The notes under the pieces are model-generated. The model was not told where the DNA came from. It saw nothing but the letters and a program-made list of their open reading frames with translations, and ran no database searches. Below are positions 25,709 to 35,299 of a stretch of 64,000 nucleotides of DNA, in pieces. A program made the translations under genes and the position numbers. The first letter of the stretch is position 1; the number at the start of each line of letters is the position of its first letter. This DNA is from Phycisphaerales bacterium (GTDB lineage Bacteria > Planctomycetota > Phycisphaerae > Phycisphaerales > UBA1924), in assembly GCA_029260475.1 (NCBI GenBank), contig JAJDDE010000124.1, positions 10,335-74,334 of the forward strand. Reading direction: 5' to 3'.

Positions 25709-27058
25709 CTACGCCTCCACCGACCAGCTCTTCCCATCCCGAACCACCTTCCGGTACAGCGTGTCCCGCTCCACCGGGGTAAAGCCCGCTTCGCGGATCG
25801 CCTTGCACAGGGACCACGTCGTGACCTCCTGGTGCGTGCTGCTGCCGCCGAGCTTGGTGATGTCGTACCAGACGACGGTGCCGTCGATGTCGTCGGCGCC
25901 GCTCTGCAGCATGAGCTGCGCCATCGCGAGCGTCTGCATGATCCAGAAGGCCTTGACGTGCGGGAAGTTGTCGAGCATGAGGCGCGAGATCGCGATCGTG
26001 CGCAGGTTTTCCAGACCTGAAGGCCCAGGAAGATGCTCGAGCTCGCTGCCGTCTGGGAAGAAGGGCAGGGGGATGATGGTCTGGAAGTACCCGCCCTTGG
26101 CGTCCGGTGTGGGGAGCGTGGCACCCTCGCCGTGCAGGCTGATCTCGCCCGCCCAGTCCGGATCGACAGCACTATCCCACTCGGTGGTTTCCTCGCCGTC
26201 TCGCCGGGCGCGCGTCGGCATGTAGCCCTTACGCGCGAGCGCGAGGTCCTGCGCGCGACGCAGCATGTCCATGTGGACAAGGCGCTCGCGCCGCTGCTCG
26301 ATGTGCCCGTACAGAATGGTGCAGTTGGTGTTGAGGCCCAGTTCGTGCGCCACGGTGTGGACATCCAGCCACGCATCGGAGCGGATCTTGCCCTTGTACG
26401 CCTCGTCGTGAACGCGATCGTCGAAGACCTCCGCGCCGCCGCCCGGCAGCGATCCCAGCCCCGCGGCCTTCAGCTCGCTCAACACCCAGCGGATGCCCGT
26501 CCGCCGATCATCCTTCTTGTACCGCTTCGCGATCTTCGCGAGGTGGACGATTTCGACGGCAGTAAACGCCTTGAGGTGCAGGTCCGGCGCCACTTCATGG
26601 ATGTCGCGCAGCATCTGGGGATAGGCGTCCCAGGGCAGGTATGGGTGCAGCTCGCCGACGATGTGCATCTCCGTCGCGCCGTTGTTCACGCCCGCGAGCG
26701 CTTCGGCCTGGATCTGCTCGGTCGTCTTGGTGTACGCGCCCGCGTCGTCCTTCTTGCGGAAGAACTCGCAGAACTTGCAGCTGAGCGCACAGATGTTGCT
26801 GTAGTTGAGGTGGCGGTTGATGTTGTAGTAGGCGGTGTCGGCGTGCATGCGCCGGCGGACACCGTCGGCGATCTCGCAGACGCCCCAGACGTCGGGCGTC
26901 TCGTACAGCGTCATCCCGTCCTCGAGCGACAGACGCTGCCCGCGCCGGACTTTCTCCCGGATCGGCTCGAGGGCCGCATCCCGGATCGGCCCCCGTGTCA
27001 TCGTGAAGGGGCGGGGTTCTGTGGATGCCCCGGCGGGCAATGTGGTCGTGGAGATCAT
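25709..27058 (-). CDS. Radical-SAM menaquinone (futalosine pathway) enzyme, MqnE/MqnC family
   Basis: Carries INRHLNYSNICALSCKFCEF (CxxxCxxC), LPGGGAEVF, NCTILYGHIE and FWIMQ. The start is taken at ATG 27058 (MISTTT...); the track ORF extends to 27169. Confidence 0.85.
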   Translation of the reverse strand: MISTTTLPAGASTEPRPFTMTRGPIRDAALEPIREKVRRGQRLSLEDGMTLYETPDVWGVCEIADGVRRRMHADTAYYNINRHLNYSNICALSCKFCEFFRKKDDAGAYTKTTEQIQAEALAGVNNGATEMHIVGELHPYLPWDAYPQMLRDIHEVAPDLHLKAFTAVEIVHLAKIAKRYKKDDRRTGIRWVLSELKAAGLGSLPGGGAEVFDDRVHDEAYKGKIRSDAWLDVHTVAHELGLNTNCTILYGHIEQRRERLVHMDMLRRAQDLALARKGYMPTRARRDGEETTEWDSAVDPDWAGEISLHGEGATLPTPDAKGGYFQTIIPLPFFPDGSELEHLPGPSGLENLRTIAISRLMLDNFPHVKAFWIMQTLAMAQLMLQSGADDIDGTVVWYDITKLGGSSTHQEVTTWSLCKAIREAGFTPVERDTLYRKVVRDGKSWSVEA

Positions 27059-27231
27059 GGCAGAGCTTTCAGTATCGATTGAAACTTTACCCGACTCTAG
27101 CCCCAACCCGCCCCTGCATCCAGCACGATCCGCCCACCGCACCGCCATCACGCACCCCCTGAGCCACACCGGCCCGCCCGCCTTGAGCCGGGGAACAGCC
27201 CGCCCGATGACGAGGGCGTGTCCATTCTCGG

Positions 27232-29388
27232 ATGAGCGTCAGGAGTGAGGGAGGCCCCGTGTTCGGCAAATCGAAGCGCAACAAGAAGCAGAGCGACGAG
27301 CCCCAGCAGCCCGTGCCGCCCCCCAAGCCGGAGCGTCCGCGCGCCGAGCACCACCCGACCGGCTCGCCCATCGACCACCGCCCGGAGCCACCCGTCTCCC
27401 CGCCCGCGGCCCCGATGATGACCAACCCCTTCACGCCCAACGCGCCGAGCGCGACCAAAGCGGACCAACCCGCCCCGAAGCCGGTTTCGAACGAGCCCGA
27501 GCCCGTCGAGCACGCCGCAGCAACCGAGGCCGAAGCCACCCTCCGCGCGATCGATGACGCCCTGAGCCAGCTCGCCATGACGCACGAGCTCGAAGGGCTC
27601 GCCGACAGCGAGCTCAACCTCGCCCAGCGCTTCGAGTCGTTCTCCAAGATGATGTCCAGCGAGCGTGCCCGCCTGTCGTTGGTTGAGGAGGAGCGCCTCA
27701 ACGCCGTCGGTCAGTTCCAGGAAGCCCAGCAACGCCTGGAGTCCATCGAGCGCGAGCGTGACGAGGCCCGCGCAGCACTTCAGCAGGCGAGCTCCGAGCA
27801 GCCCGCGCCTGACCAGCCGCAACACGACGAACGCCTCGCGCAACTCGAAGCGGAACTCCGAAGCCATCAGGCGCGCATGCACGAGGTCGAGGCCGAGCGC
27901 GACAGCGCGAACGCGGAGCTCATCCGTCTTCGTGAAGAGCAGCAGAACGCGCACCAGCACGACGCCGATCGCGTCTCCCGGCTCGAGCAGGAGATGAAGG
28001 AACTGCACCAGCAGATCGAGTCGGCGGTCTCCGAGCGCGACGGCGCGAACGCCGAGAACGAGCGTCTCCGCAGCGAGCAGCAGCACTCCCAGCAGGACCA
28101 CGAACGCGTCTCCCAACTCGAACAGGAACTGCACGCACTGCGAGAACAGACCAGCGCGGCTGAAAGCCAGCGCGACGGGGCCCGCCAGGAACTCGACCGG
28201 CTCCGCGAGGAGCACCAGCGCAGCGAGCAGGGCCGGTCGGAGCACCAATCACGGATCGATGAACTGACCGGCACGATCGGCGCGATGGAAGAGCGCGTGG
28301 CGCAGGCGGAGAACAAAGAGAACGAGCTCGGCAGCGAACTCGAAGCGCTCCGCCAACAGATCTCCGAAGCGGCGGAGCAGCGCAACGCCGCGTGCGCCGA
28401 GCGCGATGCGCTGGCGCAGAAACTCGGTCAGAAGGCCGAGTTCGAGGTCGGCCCGGACGAGTTCTGCGAGCGCCGTCGCGCACGCCTCAACAACGTCCGC
28501 AACGCCCTCGGGTCGCGTTCCCAGCAGCTCTACAAGGTCAAACAGGTCCTCGAGCACAAGGCCCGTGAACTCAAGGACGCGGGCGAGGCCCGGCGCCAGG
28601 CAGAGCAGATGCTCTTCGAGGCCCGCGAGCAGAAGGCGATGACGCAGCGCGTCTTCACCGGCGTGCAGTCCATCCGCGCCAAGGGCGCCGCGGGCGTCTT
28701 CGTCGCGTGCCTCACGATCGCGTGGGTCGCTCTGCTCGGCGCATCGTGGGTCGGCGTCTCCATGTTCGTCCCCGTCGAGCACAACGCCCGCGTCGGCATC
28801 GCCTGCGACACGCGAGGCCTGCCCGATCCGGACGCCTCCGCGCAGGCGTGGACGGCCTTTGCCCTCGCGCTGAACGAAGACCCGATGTTCCTCGAACGCG
28901 CCGCCCAGCGGTTGAAGACCCGCTCCTACGAGGAACTCGCCAGCCCCTCGGACCTCCGCGACTACCTCGCCCAGAACGCTGTCTTCGACTCGCCGGGCGA
29001 GGGGCGCATCGACATCACGATCCGAGGCGAGGGGCGCGACCGCACCGAGCGCGTGCTCGAGACCTTCGCAACCGCCGTCGTCGGCTTCGCCAACGAAACA
29101 CGCGAACGCCGCAGCGACAACGCCCCCGCCTCCGTCGTCGAGCCCGCGAGCGCCGAGTCAACGCCCGTCGATGACCCGCGCCCCGCGATCGCCGCGGGCG
29201 TTGCGGGTGGCCTCACCGCGCTGCTGCTCATCACCGCGATCGCCGCATGGCGCTCCGCCCGGCGCTCGCTGGTTGAGGGCGGGCGCGAAGCCCTCGCGGA
29301 GATCGACACCCACCAGCAGTCCCACTACGAAACGCCCCCCGCGGGTGCGGAGGGCGGGCAGGGGATGGGGATGTCGTCCGGCGTGTAG
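27232..29388 (+). CDS. Coiled-coil protein with internal tandem repeats and a C-terminal two-TM domain
   Basis: 718 aa. It has a Pro-rich N-terminus, then four roughly 45-aa repeats (ERDxAxxExxRLRxEQQ...LEQE), more coiled coil, and then TM-domain-TM (VFVACLTIAWVALLGASWVGV ... IAAGVAGGLTALLLITAIAAW). An alternative start is GTG 27259, preceded by GGGAGG. Confidence 0.7.
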   Translation: MSVRSEGGPVFGKSKRNKKQSDEPQQPVPPPKPERPRAEHHPTGSPIDHRPEPPVSPPAAPMMTNPFTPNAPSATKADQPAPKPVSNEPEPVEHAAATEAEATLRAIDDALSQLAMTHELEGLADSELNLAQRFESFSKMMSSERARLSLVEEERLNAVGQFQEAQQRLESIERERDEARAALQQASSEQPAPDQPQHDERLAQLEAELRSHQARMHEVEAERDSANAELIRLREEQQNAHQHDADRVSRLEQEMKELHQQIESAVSERDGANAENERLRSEQQHSQQDHERVSQLEQELHALREQTSAAESQRDGARQELDRLREEHQRSEQGRSEHQSRIDELTGTIGAMEERVAQAENKENELGSELEALRQQISEAAEQRNAACAERDALAQKLGQKAEFEVGPDEFCERRRARLNNVRNALGSRSQQLYKVKQVLEHKARELKDAGEARRQAEQMLFEAREQKAMTQRVFTGVQSIRAKGAAGVFVACLTIAWVALLGASWVGVSMFVPVEHNARVGIACDTRGLPDPDASAQAWTAFALALNEDPMFLERAAQRLKTRSYEELASPSDLRDYLAQNAVFDSPGEGRIDITIRGEGRDRTERVLETFATAVVGFANETRERRSDNAPASVVEPASAESTPVDDPRPAIAAGVAGGLTALLLITAIAAWRSARRSLVEGGREALAEIDTHQQSHYETPPAGAEGGQGMGMSSGV

Positions 29389-29397
29389 CCGCGTCGC

Positions 29398-30186
29398 TCA
29401 GACGTCGCCCACCATCAAGATGGTCTCGTTGGCGCCGCCAGCGCGGGCGGGGCCCTCGATGGTCATGCCGCTGATCGAGGACTCGCTGAGCCCCTCGACG
29501 TGGACGGGCACGAAGCCGCCGTTGGCGATGATCTCCGACAATTTCACGACCGCCTGGCCGTTGCGCACGGTGAGCGTGTACGTGCCGTCGGCGACGGGCA
29601 GGCCCTCGCAGAGCAGCAGCGCCTCGCCCGAGTCCGGGTCGAAGAGCAGCGAGGCGGTGACCGACGGGTGCAGGTCGGGGGCCGAAGGCGTGAAGTTCAC
29701 GGGGCGCATCCGCTGAGCCATCAGGATGTGCTGAGCCCGGGGCCCCATCTCTTGAACGACCGCGATCAGGCTGTCCTGCCTGTCCAGCATTCGCGCTTTG
29801 GAACTCTGTTGGGCAACGGTGAGGTACATCACGCCCAGCACCAGCGAAGCCGTCGCGAAACCGATGCACGCCGCACGCCACATCGGCGCCGTATTGCGCA
29901 GCACAGGGCCGGCACCGATCGTCGCGAGCACGTCCTGCTCCTCGCCACGCACCGCGGCGATCGCTTCACGCACCGCCGAGACCACGCGCGCCCGGAGCCC
30001 CGCGGGGGGCTCGACCGGCGGCAGCAGGTGGTCGGCGTTGGCGAAGCGGGCCTGCTCCTTGCGCACACGGGCCTGCACCGCCGGCGGCGCGGCCCGGAAG
30101 GCGCTATCGAAGCTCTCCCGTTCCTCGTCGTCCAGAAGACCCATCGCGTCGAGCGATGCCAGTTCCAGAAGTTCTCGCGTACTCAT
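29398..30186 (-). CDS. Anti-sigma factor (RskA-like: N-terminal sigma-binding helix, one TM, periplasmic domain)
   Basis: Carries ELLELASLDAMGLLDDEERESFD and the TM segment MWRAACIGFATASLVLGVMYL. ATGA overlap with the upstream ECF sigma. Confidence 0.75.
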   Translation of the reverse strand: MSTRELLELASLDAMGLLDDEERESFDSAFRAAPPAVQARVRKEQARFANADHLLPPVEPPAGLRARVVSAVREAIAAVRGEEQDVLATIGAGPVLRNTAPMWRAACIGFATASLVLGVMYLTVAQQSSKARMLDRQDSLIAVVQEMGPRAQHILMAQRMRPVNFTPSAPDLHPSVTASLLFDPDSGEALLLCEGLPVADGTYTLTVRNGQAVVKLSEIIANGGFVPVHVEGLSESSISGMTIEGPARAGGANETILMVGDV

Positions 30187-30752
30187 GATGACAGCTCCTC
30201 GGTGCTGCTTCGTTCCCGGAGGCGCACCAGCGCGCGGCTGAGCGCAGATTTGATCGTGCCAAGCGGCACATTGAGTTCGTTCCCGATCTGTTTGAGCGTC
30301 TGGCCACCCAGGTACGCCCGCTTAATGACGGTCTGTTGAAGTTCGGGCAGTTTGTCCACCCGCTCCAGCAGAGCGGCGAATCGTTCGTCCTGCTGCAGTT
30401 CCTCGCCCGGCATCACGCCGCTGGCGGGGGGCGACCAGCCCTCTTCGAGGACGGACGCCTTGATCTTGCTCCGCAGGCGACGGAGGCGATCCACCATGTG
30501 CCGGCGAGCGATGAGCATGACCCATGTCACCAACGCCGCACGCTTCGGATCAAACCGGCCAGCGGTTCGCCACAGGCGGACGAACACCTCCTGCACCACG
30601 TCCTCCGCGTCCGAACGCGAGGGCATGGTCTGGTACGCCATGCGGTAGACCAGTGAACCGAATCGGTCGTACAGCTCACCGATCGCGTCCTGATCGTCCG
30701 CGGCGATGCGCTGCATCAGCTCGAAGTCGTCTTGTCGTGATGCCTTGGCCAT
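30183..30752 (-). CDS. ECF RNA polymerase sigma factor
   Basis: Region 2 reads DAEDVVQEVFVRLWRTAGRFDP and VTWVMLIARRHMVDRLRR. Region 4 reads QTLKQIGNELNVPLGTIKSALSRAL. Confidence 0.9.
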   Translation of the reverse strand: MAKASRQDDFELMQRIAADDQDAIGELYDRFGSLVYRMAYQTMPSRSDAEDVVQEVFVRLWRTAGRFDPKRAALVTWVMLIARRHMVDRLRRLRSKIKASVLEEGWSPPASGVMPGEELQQDERFAALLERVDKLPELQQTVIKRAYLGGQTLKQIGNELNVPLGTIKSALSRALVRLRERSSTEELSS

Positions 30753-31043
30753 GACGAGGAGATCGTATACCCATTCAAATCACAAACAAATCTAATCCCA
30801 GTGTGGTGAGCACACTACAACACCCTGATACGCCTCGAGAGCCCCGCGGGATGCCACAATCAACCCTCACAGCGCACAAAACGGTGCTGACCCCCGGTAT
30901 CTCGCTTGTACTCGTGGAACACCGCCTCCCCGATCCGGGTTGGTCCGGCTGGAGAACCCAACGAAACCGTGCGGTCACGACGATGAAAAGGTTGTGTGAG
31001 GCCTCCCACGAGGTACACTTCACGAGTAAGGGGTGATGGCTTG

Positions 31044-31916
31044 ATGATCGTATCGGACCACAACCGACCGGGGTATTCAGCGTCGCATCGAGGCTTCTCG
31101 ATCGTTGATCTGCTGGTGTCCCTCGCGGTGATGTCCCTGCTGATCGCCGTCCTCCTGCCCTCACTGAGTCGCGTTCAGGAAGCCGCATTCCGCACCAAGT
31201 CCGCGTCGAACATCCGGCAGCAGGGCTTGGCGTTGCAGATGTACGCCTTCGACCGTCAGGGCGATCTGCCGACCTCCGCGTTCCGCACGCTGGAGCGCCA
31301 CGGCACAGACGCGCCGGAACAAATGGTCTACCTGCGCATCCACCCCTCTACCGCCGAAGGCGCCACCGGACGCGCGGCACCCAAGAACGACGCCCCCGGT
31401 GCACCGACCACCGTCTGGGACGGCATGGGCAAGCTCGTGCATTACGAGTACATCAACCAGGGGCAGGTCTTCTACAACCCCAGCCACGATTACATCCACA
31501 CCTACGACCGCTACGAGGCCCAATTCGCAGGTGCCGTAGGCGAGATCGTGTGCAATTACCACTACCGCTGGGACGCAAACACGCGCCGTATCGACCAGGT
31601 CCATAACCTGACCGCGCTCGTCGCAGACGCGATGCGTTCGCAGCCCGAGTACAACCATGTCGTCGGCAACAACATGCTCAAGGGCGACATGAGCGTGACG
31701 TGGTACCACGACGCCCAGGGCGAACTGTACAAATCGCTCGCTCAGACGGTCCCGATGCTGGTGACAGCCTCGGGCGTGCAAGAGTCTCGCGATGGCGTCC
31801 TCAATGGCTGGAAGCTCCTCGACAACACCTCGGTCGAACGCGGCACAGCAACCGACTCCTCGGGTGCGAACGGCCTTGTCGGAGCCGCACTCGGTTTACA
31901 CTTCGAGATGAAGTAA
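31044..31916 (+). CDS. Prepilin-type N-terminal cleavage/methylation domain protein (DUF1559-like)
   Basis: Carries GFSIVDLLVSLAVMSLLIAVLLPSLSRVQEAAFRTKSASNIRQQGLALQMY. The start is ATG 31044, after AAGGGG; the track ORF begins at 30996. Confidence 0.8.
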   Translation: MIVSDHNRPGYSASHRGFSIVDLLVSLAVMSLLIAVLLPSLSRVQEAAFRTKSASNIRQQGLALQMYAFDRQGDLPTSAFRTLERHGTDAPEQMVYLRIHPSTAEGATGRAAPKNDAPGAPTTVWDGMGKLVHYEYINQGQVFYNPSHDYIHTYDRYEAQFAGAVGEIVCNYHYRWDANTRRIDQVHNLTALVADAMRSQPEYNHVVGNNMLKGDMSVTWYHDAQGELYKSLAQTVPMLVTASGVQESRDGVLNGWKLLDNTSVERGTATDSSGANGLVGAALGLHFEMK

Positions 31917-32021
31917 AACCGCGGGCCGCGCTCCCCTCTCTTCAACCTCAGGCCGATCGGTCGTAACGCGACTACGCTCAGGGTTCGCGGGCACCACGCC
32001 CACCCGCGAGCATCCAAGCAC

Positions 32022-33185
32022 ATGACGCCTATGACCACGCACCGCACGTTCCTCGCGATCATCCCCCTCGTCTTTGTGTCGCTCTGCGCAGCCGCCGCGT
32101 CGGCGCAGGCCGTTGGCAACTGGTCCGTCAGGCCGGTCCGTTTGTACGCCGGCGCGATGCGGGCCGTCCCCGTAGAGGTGATCTCGCCGAGCGAAGAGCG
32201 CCGCGAAACGGTGCTCTCGGCGGAACTCGAACTGGTGGACCCGGACCGCACGCGCGTCATCGCCCGCGCCCCGGTAGACCTCAACGCGCGATCCATCGAC
32301 CTCGCCTCAGTCTTCCCGGTGCTCTGGACAGCGCGGACGCCCCGCGTCCTCTATTGCCAGCTCCACATCGACAACGAGCCCGTCGGATCGCCCCTCGTGA
32401 TCGAGCCGCTCTTCTCGCGCCGCAAGCCCCCCGAGAACCTGCTGCAATCGCTGCTGTCGGACGCCTACGACGCGAACGAAACCGACCAGATCAACCGGCT
32501 GCTCGCGCTCGGAGCGGAAGAGCGCGCCCGCCTGCGCACCCTTCCGGCACCGCGCAACAGCGATGAGCATCCTCTGCTCTCCGGAGTCCGCGTCTACCCC
32601 CTCTCGCGCGTCCTGCTCCGCACGTCGCGCGGGCCGATCATCGTGAGGCTCAGGCCGGACATGGCGCCGATCAGCGTGCGCCGTTTCACAGGTCTCGTCG
32701 AGGACGGCTACTACACCGACGTCGCGTTCCACCGCGTCGTCCGCGCCGACGAGCAGGGCAGGCGTGTGCTCGTGCAGACCGGCGATCCCACCGGCACCGG
32801 CGCGGGCACACCGGGCGAGCACTTCGAATACGAGCCCAGCGACCTCCGCCACTCCTACGGCGTCCTCTCCCTCGCCCGCGACCCCGAACGCCCCAACACC
32901 AACGGCGCGCAGTTCTTCATCTGCCTCTCCGACAGCGCGGGCGTCGAGTTCGACGGCCGGTTCACGTCCTTCGCGGAGATCATCGAAGGGGCCGACGCGC
33001 TCGAGGCCATCGTGCGCACACCCCTGGGCCTCGCGGACCCGGACGACCCCACCTCACCGCGCAACCGCCCGCTCGAGCCCGTCTCCATCCGCTCGGCGTC
33101 GCTCATACCCGCCCCGCCACTGGATTCATCGGCCCCCCAGGACGAGCGCATCCGCCCCGAGGACATCGCGCCCGTCGTGCGCTGA
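32022..33185 (+). CDS. Secreted cyclophilin-type peptidyl-prolyl isomerase with N-terminal extra domain
   Basis: Signal peptide FVSLCAAAASAQA. The C-terminal domain has FHRVV, VQTGDPTGTGAG, YGVLSLARD and TNGAQFFICL. Confidence 0.88.
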   Translation: MTPMTTHRTFLAIIPLVFVSLCAAAASAQAVGNWSVRPVRLYAGAMRAVPVEVISPSEERRETVLSAELELVDPDRTRVIARAPVDLNARSIDLASVFPVLWTARTPRVLYCQLHIDNEPVGSPLVIEPLFSRRKPPENLLQSLLSDAYDANETDQINRLLALGAEERARLRTLPAPRNSDEHPLLSGVRVYPLSRVLLRTSRGPIIVRLRPDMAPISVRRFTGLVEDGYYTDVAFHRVVRADEQGRRVLVQTGDPTGTGAGTPGEHFEYEPSDLRHSYGVLSLARDPERPNTNGAQFFICLSDSAGVEFDGRFTSFAEIIEGADALEAIVRTPLGLADPDDPTSPRNRPLEPVSIRSASLIPAPPLDSSAPQDERIRPEDIAPVVR

Positions 33186-33191
33186 ACACCC

Positions 33192-34310
33192 TCAAGGGCG
33201 CGGGAACAGGTGCTGATCAAGGAACGCGTCGGTGCTCCAGCAGTACCGCTCGAGGGCCGTCCGCCGAGCGATGCGCCCCATCTCCGCCCGCGTCCCGGCT
33301 TCGCGCACCAGGCGCGTCATCGCCGCAGCGATGTTCTGCGGCGTGTGCGCGAGAATCCCGCCCCCGGTGTCCAACTTCTCCTCGAACACCGGGATGCGCG
33401 TCGCGATGATCGGGAGCCCCGTCAGCATCCCCTGCACGATCGCCTGACTAAACGTCTCGTTGCTCGAGAGCGTGAGCGTGACGTCCATCGTGCGCAGGAA
33501 CTCGGGCACGTCCGCTGGTTTGAGCCACCGATGGCACACCACCCCCGGGATGCTCGACACCCGCGCGGATGGCTCCTCGATGTACGACGCCAGGTGCAAC
33601 TCGACCCGGGAGCGCACATCCGGCGCCAGCATCGCCAGCGCTTCGAGCGCCTTGTCCGTGCCCTTGGAAATGTTGGGCAGCCGCCCGAGCAGGCACATCC
33701 GGACCACGCCATCATCCTTTCGCGCCTCGGTGGGGGGGTAAAAGGCGTCGTGGTTCGGAAGCCCGTACATGACGTCCACGGTCCCCGCGACGTTGCCGCG
33801 ATACTTGCGCGCGACCTCCTCGCTCACGCACAGCACGTCGAAGTCAAGGCCCTGCACCATGTCCAGGAACCGGTACTCGCCGCGCCGGTGCGCGAAGACC
33901 AACAACCGGGCGTCCTGCTGCGTCAGGCTCGCGGCGTACATCGCGGGGACGAGCCCCTTGCGAGGGTTGCCCAGCAGCACCGTATCGAAGTCGTCCGTCA
34001 CCGCGCCCAGCGCACCGATCAGGGCGTTCATCGCAACGCCCCAGATGTTCGGCACCAAGATCGGGCGGAGCAGCGGGTGACCCGTGAGCCCGTACTCGTC
34101 CAGCGCCTTGGACCACGAGCGTTCGCACACCACCGTCACACGCACGCCCCGCTCAAGGAGTTGCCCGATGAGGTAGAGCCGGAAAAGTTCCACGCCGTGG
34201 ATCGGCTTGCCGCGCCGGTGCTTCGCGAGGCCCTGATCCACGATCAGCACCGAGCGCCCGGCGTGCGGGCTGCGGATCGCGGCTGTGGGTGATGCGGGCG
34301 GGGCGGTCAT
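33192..34310 (-). CDS. Glycosyltransferase, GT-B fold (GT4 / group 1-like)
   Basis: 372 aa. The C-terminal half has a Glycos_transf_1-like pattern: LGRLPNISKGTD..., LSSNETFSQAIVQGMLTGLPIIATRIPVFEE. Confidence 0.75.
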   Translation of the reverse strand: MTAPPASPTAAIRSPHAGRSVLIVDQGLAKHRRGKPIHGVELFRLYLIGQLLERGVRVTVVCERSWSKALDEYGLTGHPLLRPILVPNIWGVAMNALIGALGAVTDDFDTVLLGNPRKGLVPAMYAASLTQQDARLLVFAHRRGEYRFLDMVQGLDFDVLCVSEEVARKYRGNVAGTVDVMYGLPNHDAFYPPTEARKDDGVVRMCLLGRLPNISKGTDKALEALAMLAPDVRSRVELHLASYIEEPSARVSSIPGVVCHRWLKPADVPEFLRTMDVTLTLSSNETFSQAIVQGMLTGLPIIATRIPVFEEKLDTGGGILAHTPQNIAAAMTRLVREAGTRAEMGRIARRTALERYCWSTDAFLDQHLFPRP

Positions 34311-34360
34311 CGGAGCAACGATCCTACCGGGCGCACGAATCGGGCGGGTACCATCGAGGT

Positions 34361-35293
34361 ATGAGCGACCAACACGCCCTCAAGCCCGCCGATTCCCTCC
34401 GCCTCCTCACCGACGCCCTCGTGGACTACGCGGGCCTCTTCCCGCCCTCCAAGCTCCCGATGGCCCACGCGGTGCGCAACTACGCGGAGCACCTGCACTC
34501 GGACGACGCCTGGATGCTCGGGCGCTTCATCATCCCCGTCTCACGCCTGTCTGAGTTCGAGACAGCAGCCGCGAGCCTCCTGCCGCGCGAGCCCGATGAG
34601 GAGCCCTGGATGCTCTCCGCCCTCGTCGGTGCCGACGCCGACGCGGACATCGAGGCTATCTTCGAGTTCAACCGCACCCACGCCGAGGACCACCGTGCGG
34701 GCCTCGCGGTCATCGACGCCATCGAGCTCAAACGCGACGACCCCTTCGAGATCGATCGGCTCATGCGCCTCATCCCAGAGCAACTCACCCCCTACTTCGA
34801 GCTCCCCACCGACACCGACAACCGCCCCGCGATCACCGCCCTCGCCGGCACCGGCGGGCGCGCAAAGATCCGTTGCGGCGGCATCACCCCCGACCTCTTC
34901 CCCGACGCCGCGGACGTCGCGCGATTCATCGCCCACTGCTCTGCGGCCGACGTCCCCTTCAAGGCGACCGCGGGCCTGCACCATCCGATCCGTGCCGAGC
35001 ACAACCTGACCTACGAGGACAACCCGCCCAGAGGTGTCATGCACGGCTTCCTCAACGTCTTCCTCGCCGCCGCCTTCGTGCGCAAAGCACGGGTCGAGAT
35101 CGAAGAGGCGACCGCCATCATCGAGACCACAGACGTCTCCGCCTTCCGCTTCGGGCCAGACGGCGTCCGCTGGGGGGACAAGAGCCTCGACAACGCGCGC
35201 ATCGCCGCCGCCCGCGAATCCTTTGCGATCAGCTACGGCTCCTGCTCCTTCACCGAGCCCGCCGCCGACCTGCGCGCACTGGGCCTGCTCTGA
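34361..35293 (+). CDS. Conserved hypothetical protein
   Basis: The start is taken at ATG 34361 (MSDQHAL...). About 310 aa with good GC3 bias. No motif recognised. Confidence 0.6.
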   Translation: MSDQHALKPADSLRLLTDALVDYAGLFPPSKLPMAHAVRNYAEHLHSDDAWMLGRFIIPVSRLSEFETAAASLLPREPDEEPWMLSALVGADADADIEAIFEFNRTHAEDHRAGLAVIDAIELKRDDPFEIDRLMRLIPEQLTPYFELPTDTDNRPAITALAGTGGRAKIRCGGITPDLFPDAADVARFIAHCSAADVPFKATAGLHHPIRAEHNLTYEDNPPRGVMHGFLNVFLAAAFVRKARVEIEEATAIIETTDVSAFRFGPDGVRWGDKSLDNARIAAARESFAISYGSCSFTEPAADLRALGLL

Positions 35294-35299
35294 GCGCGC

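Noticed and set aside
30753-31043. An AT-richer divergent intergenic region between the ECF sigma and the DUF1559 gene. I scanned it for an ECF-type promoter (GGAAC ... CGT-like) and for sigma-70 boxes.
   Set aside because: Candidate matches exist (GGAAC at about 30913; TTGTTT-N16-TACGAT on the minus strand). They are weak, and I cannot tell them apart from chance without a known consensus for these sigma groups.
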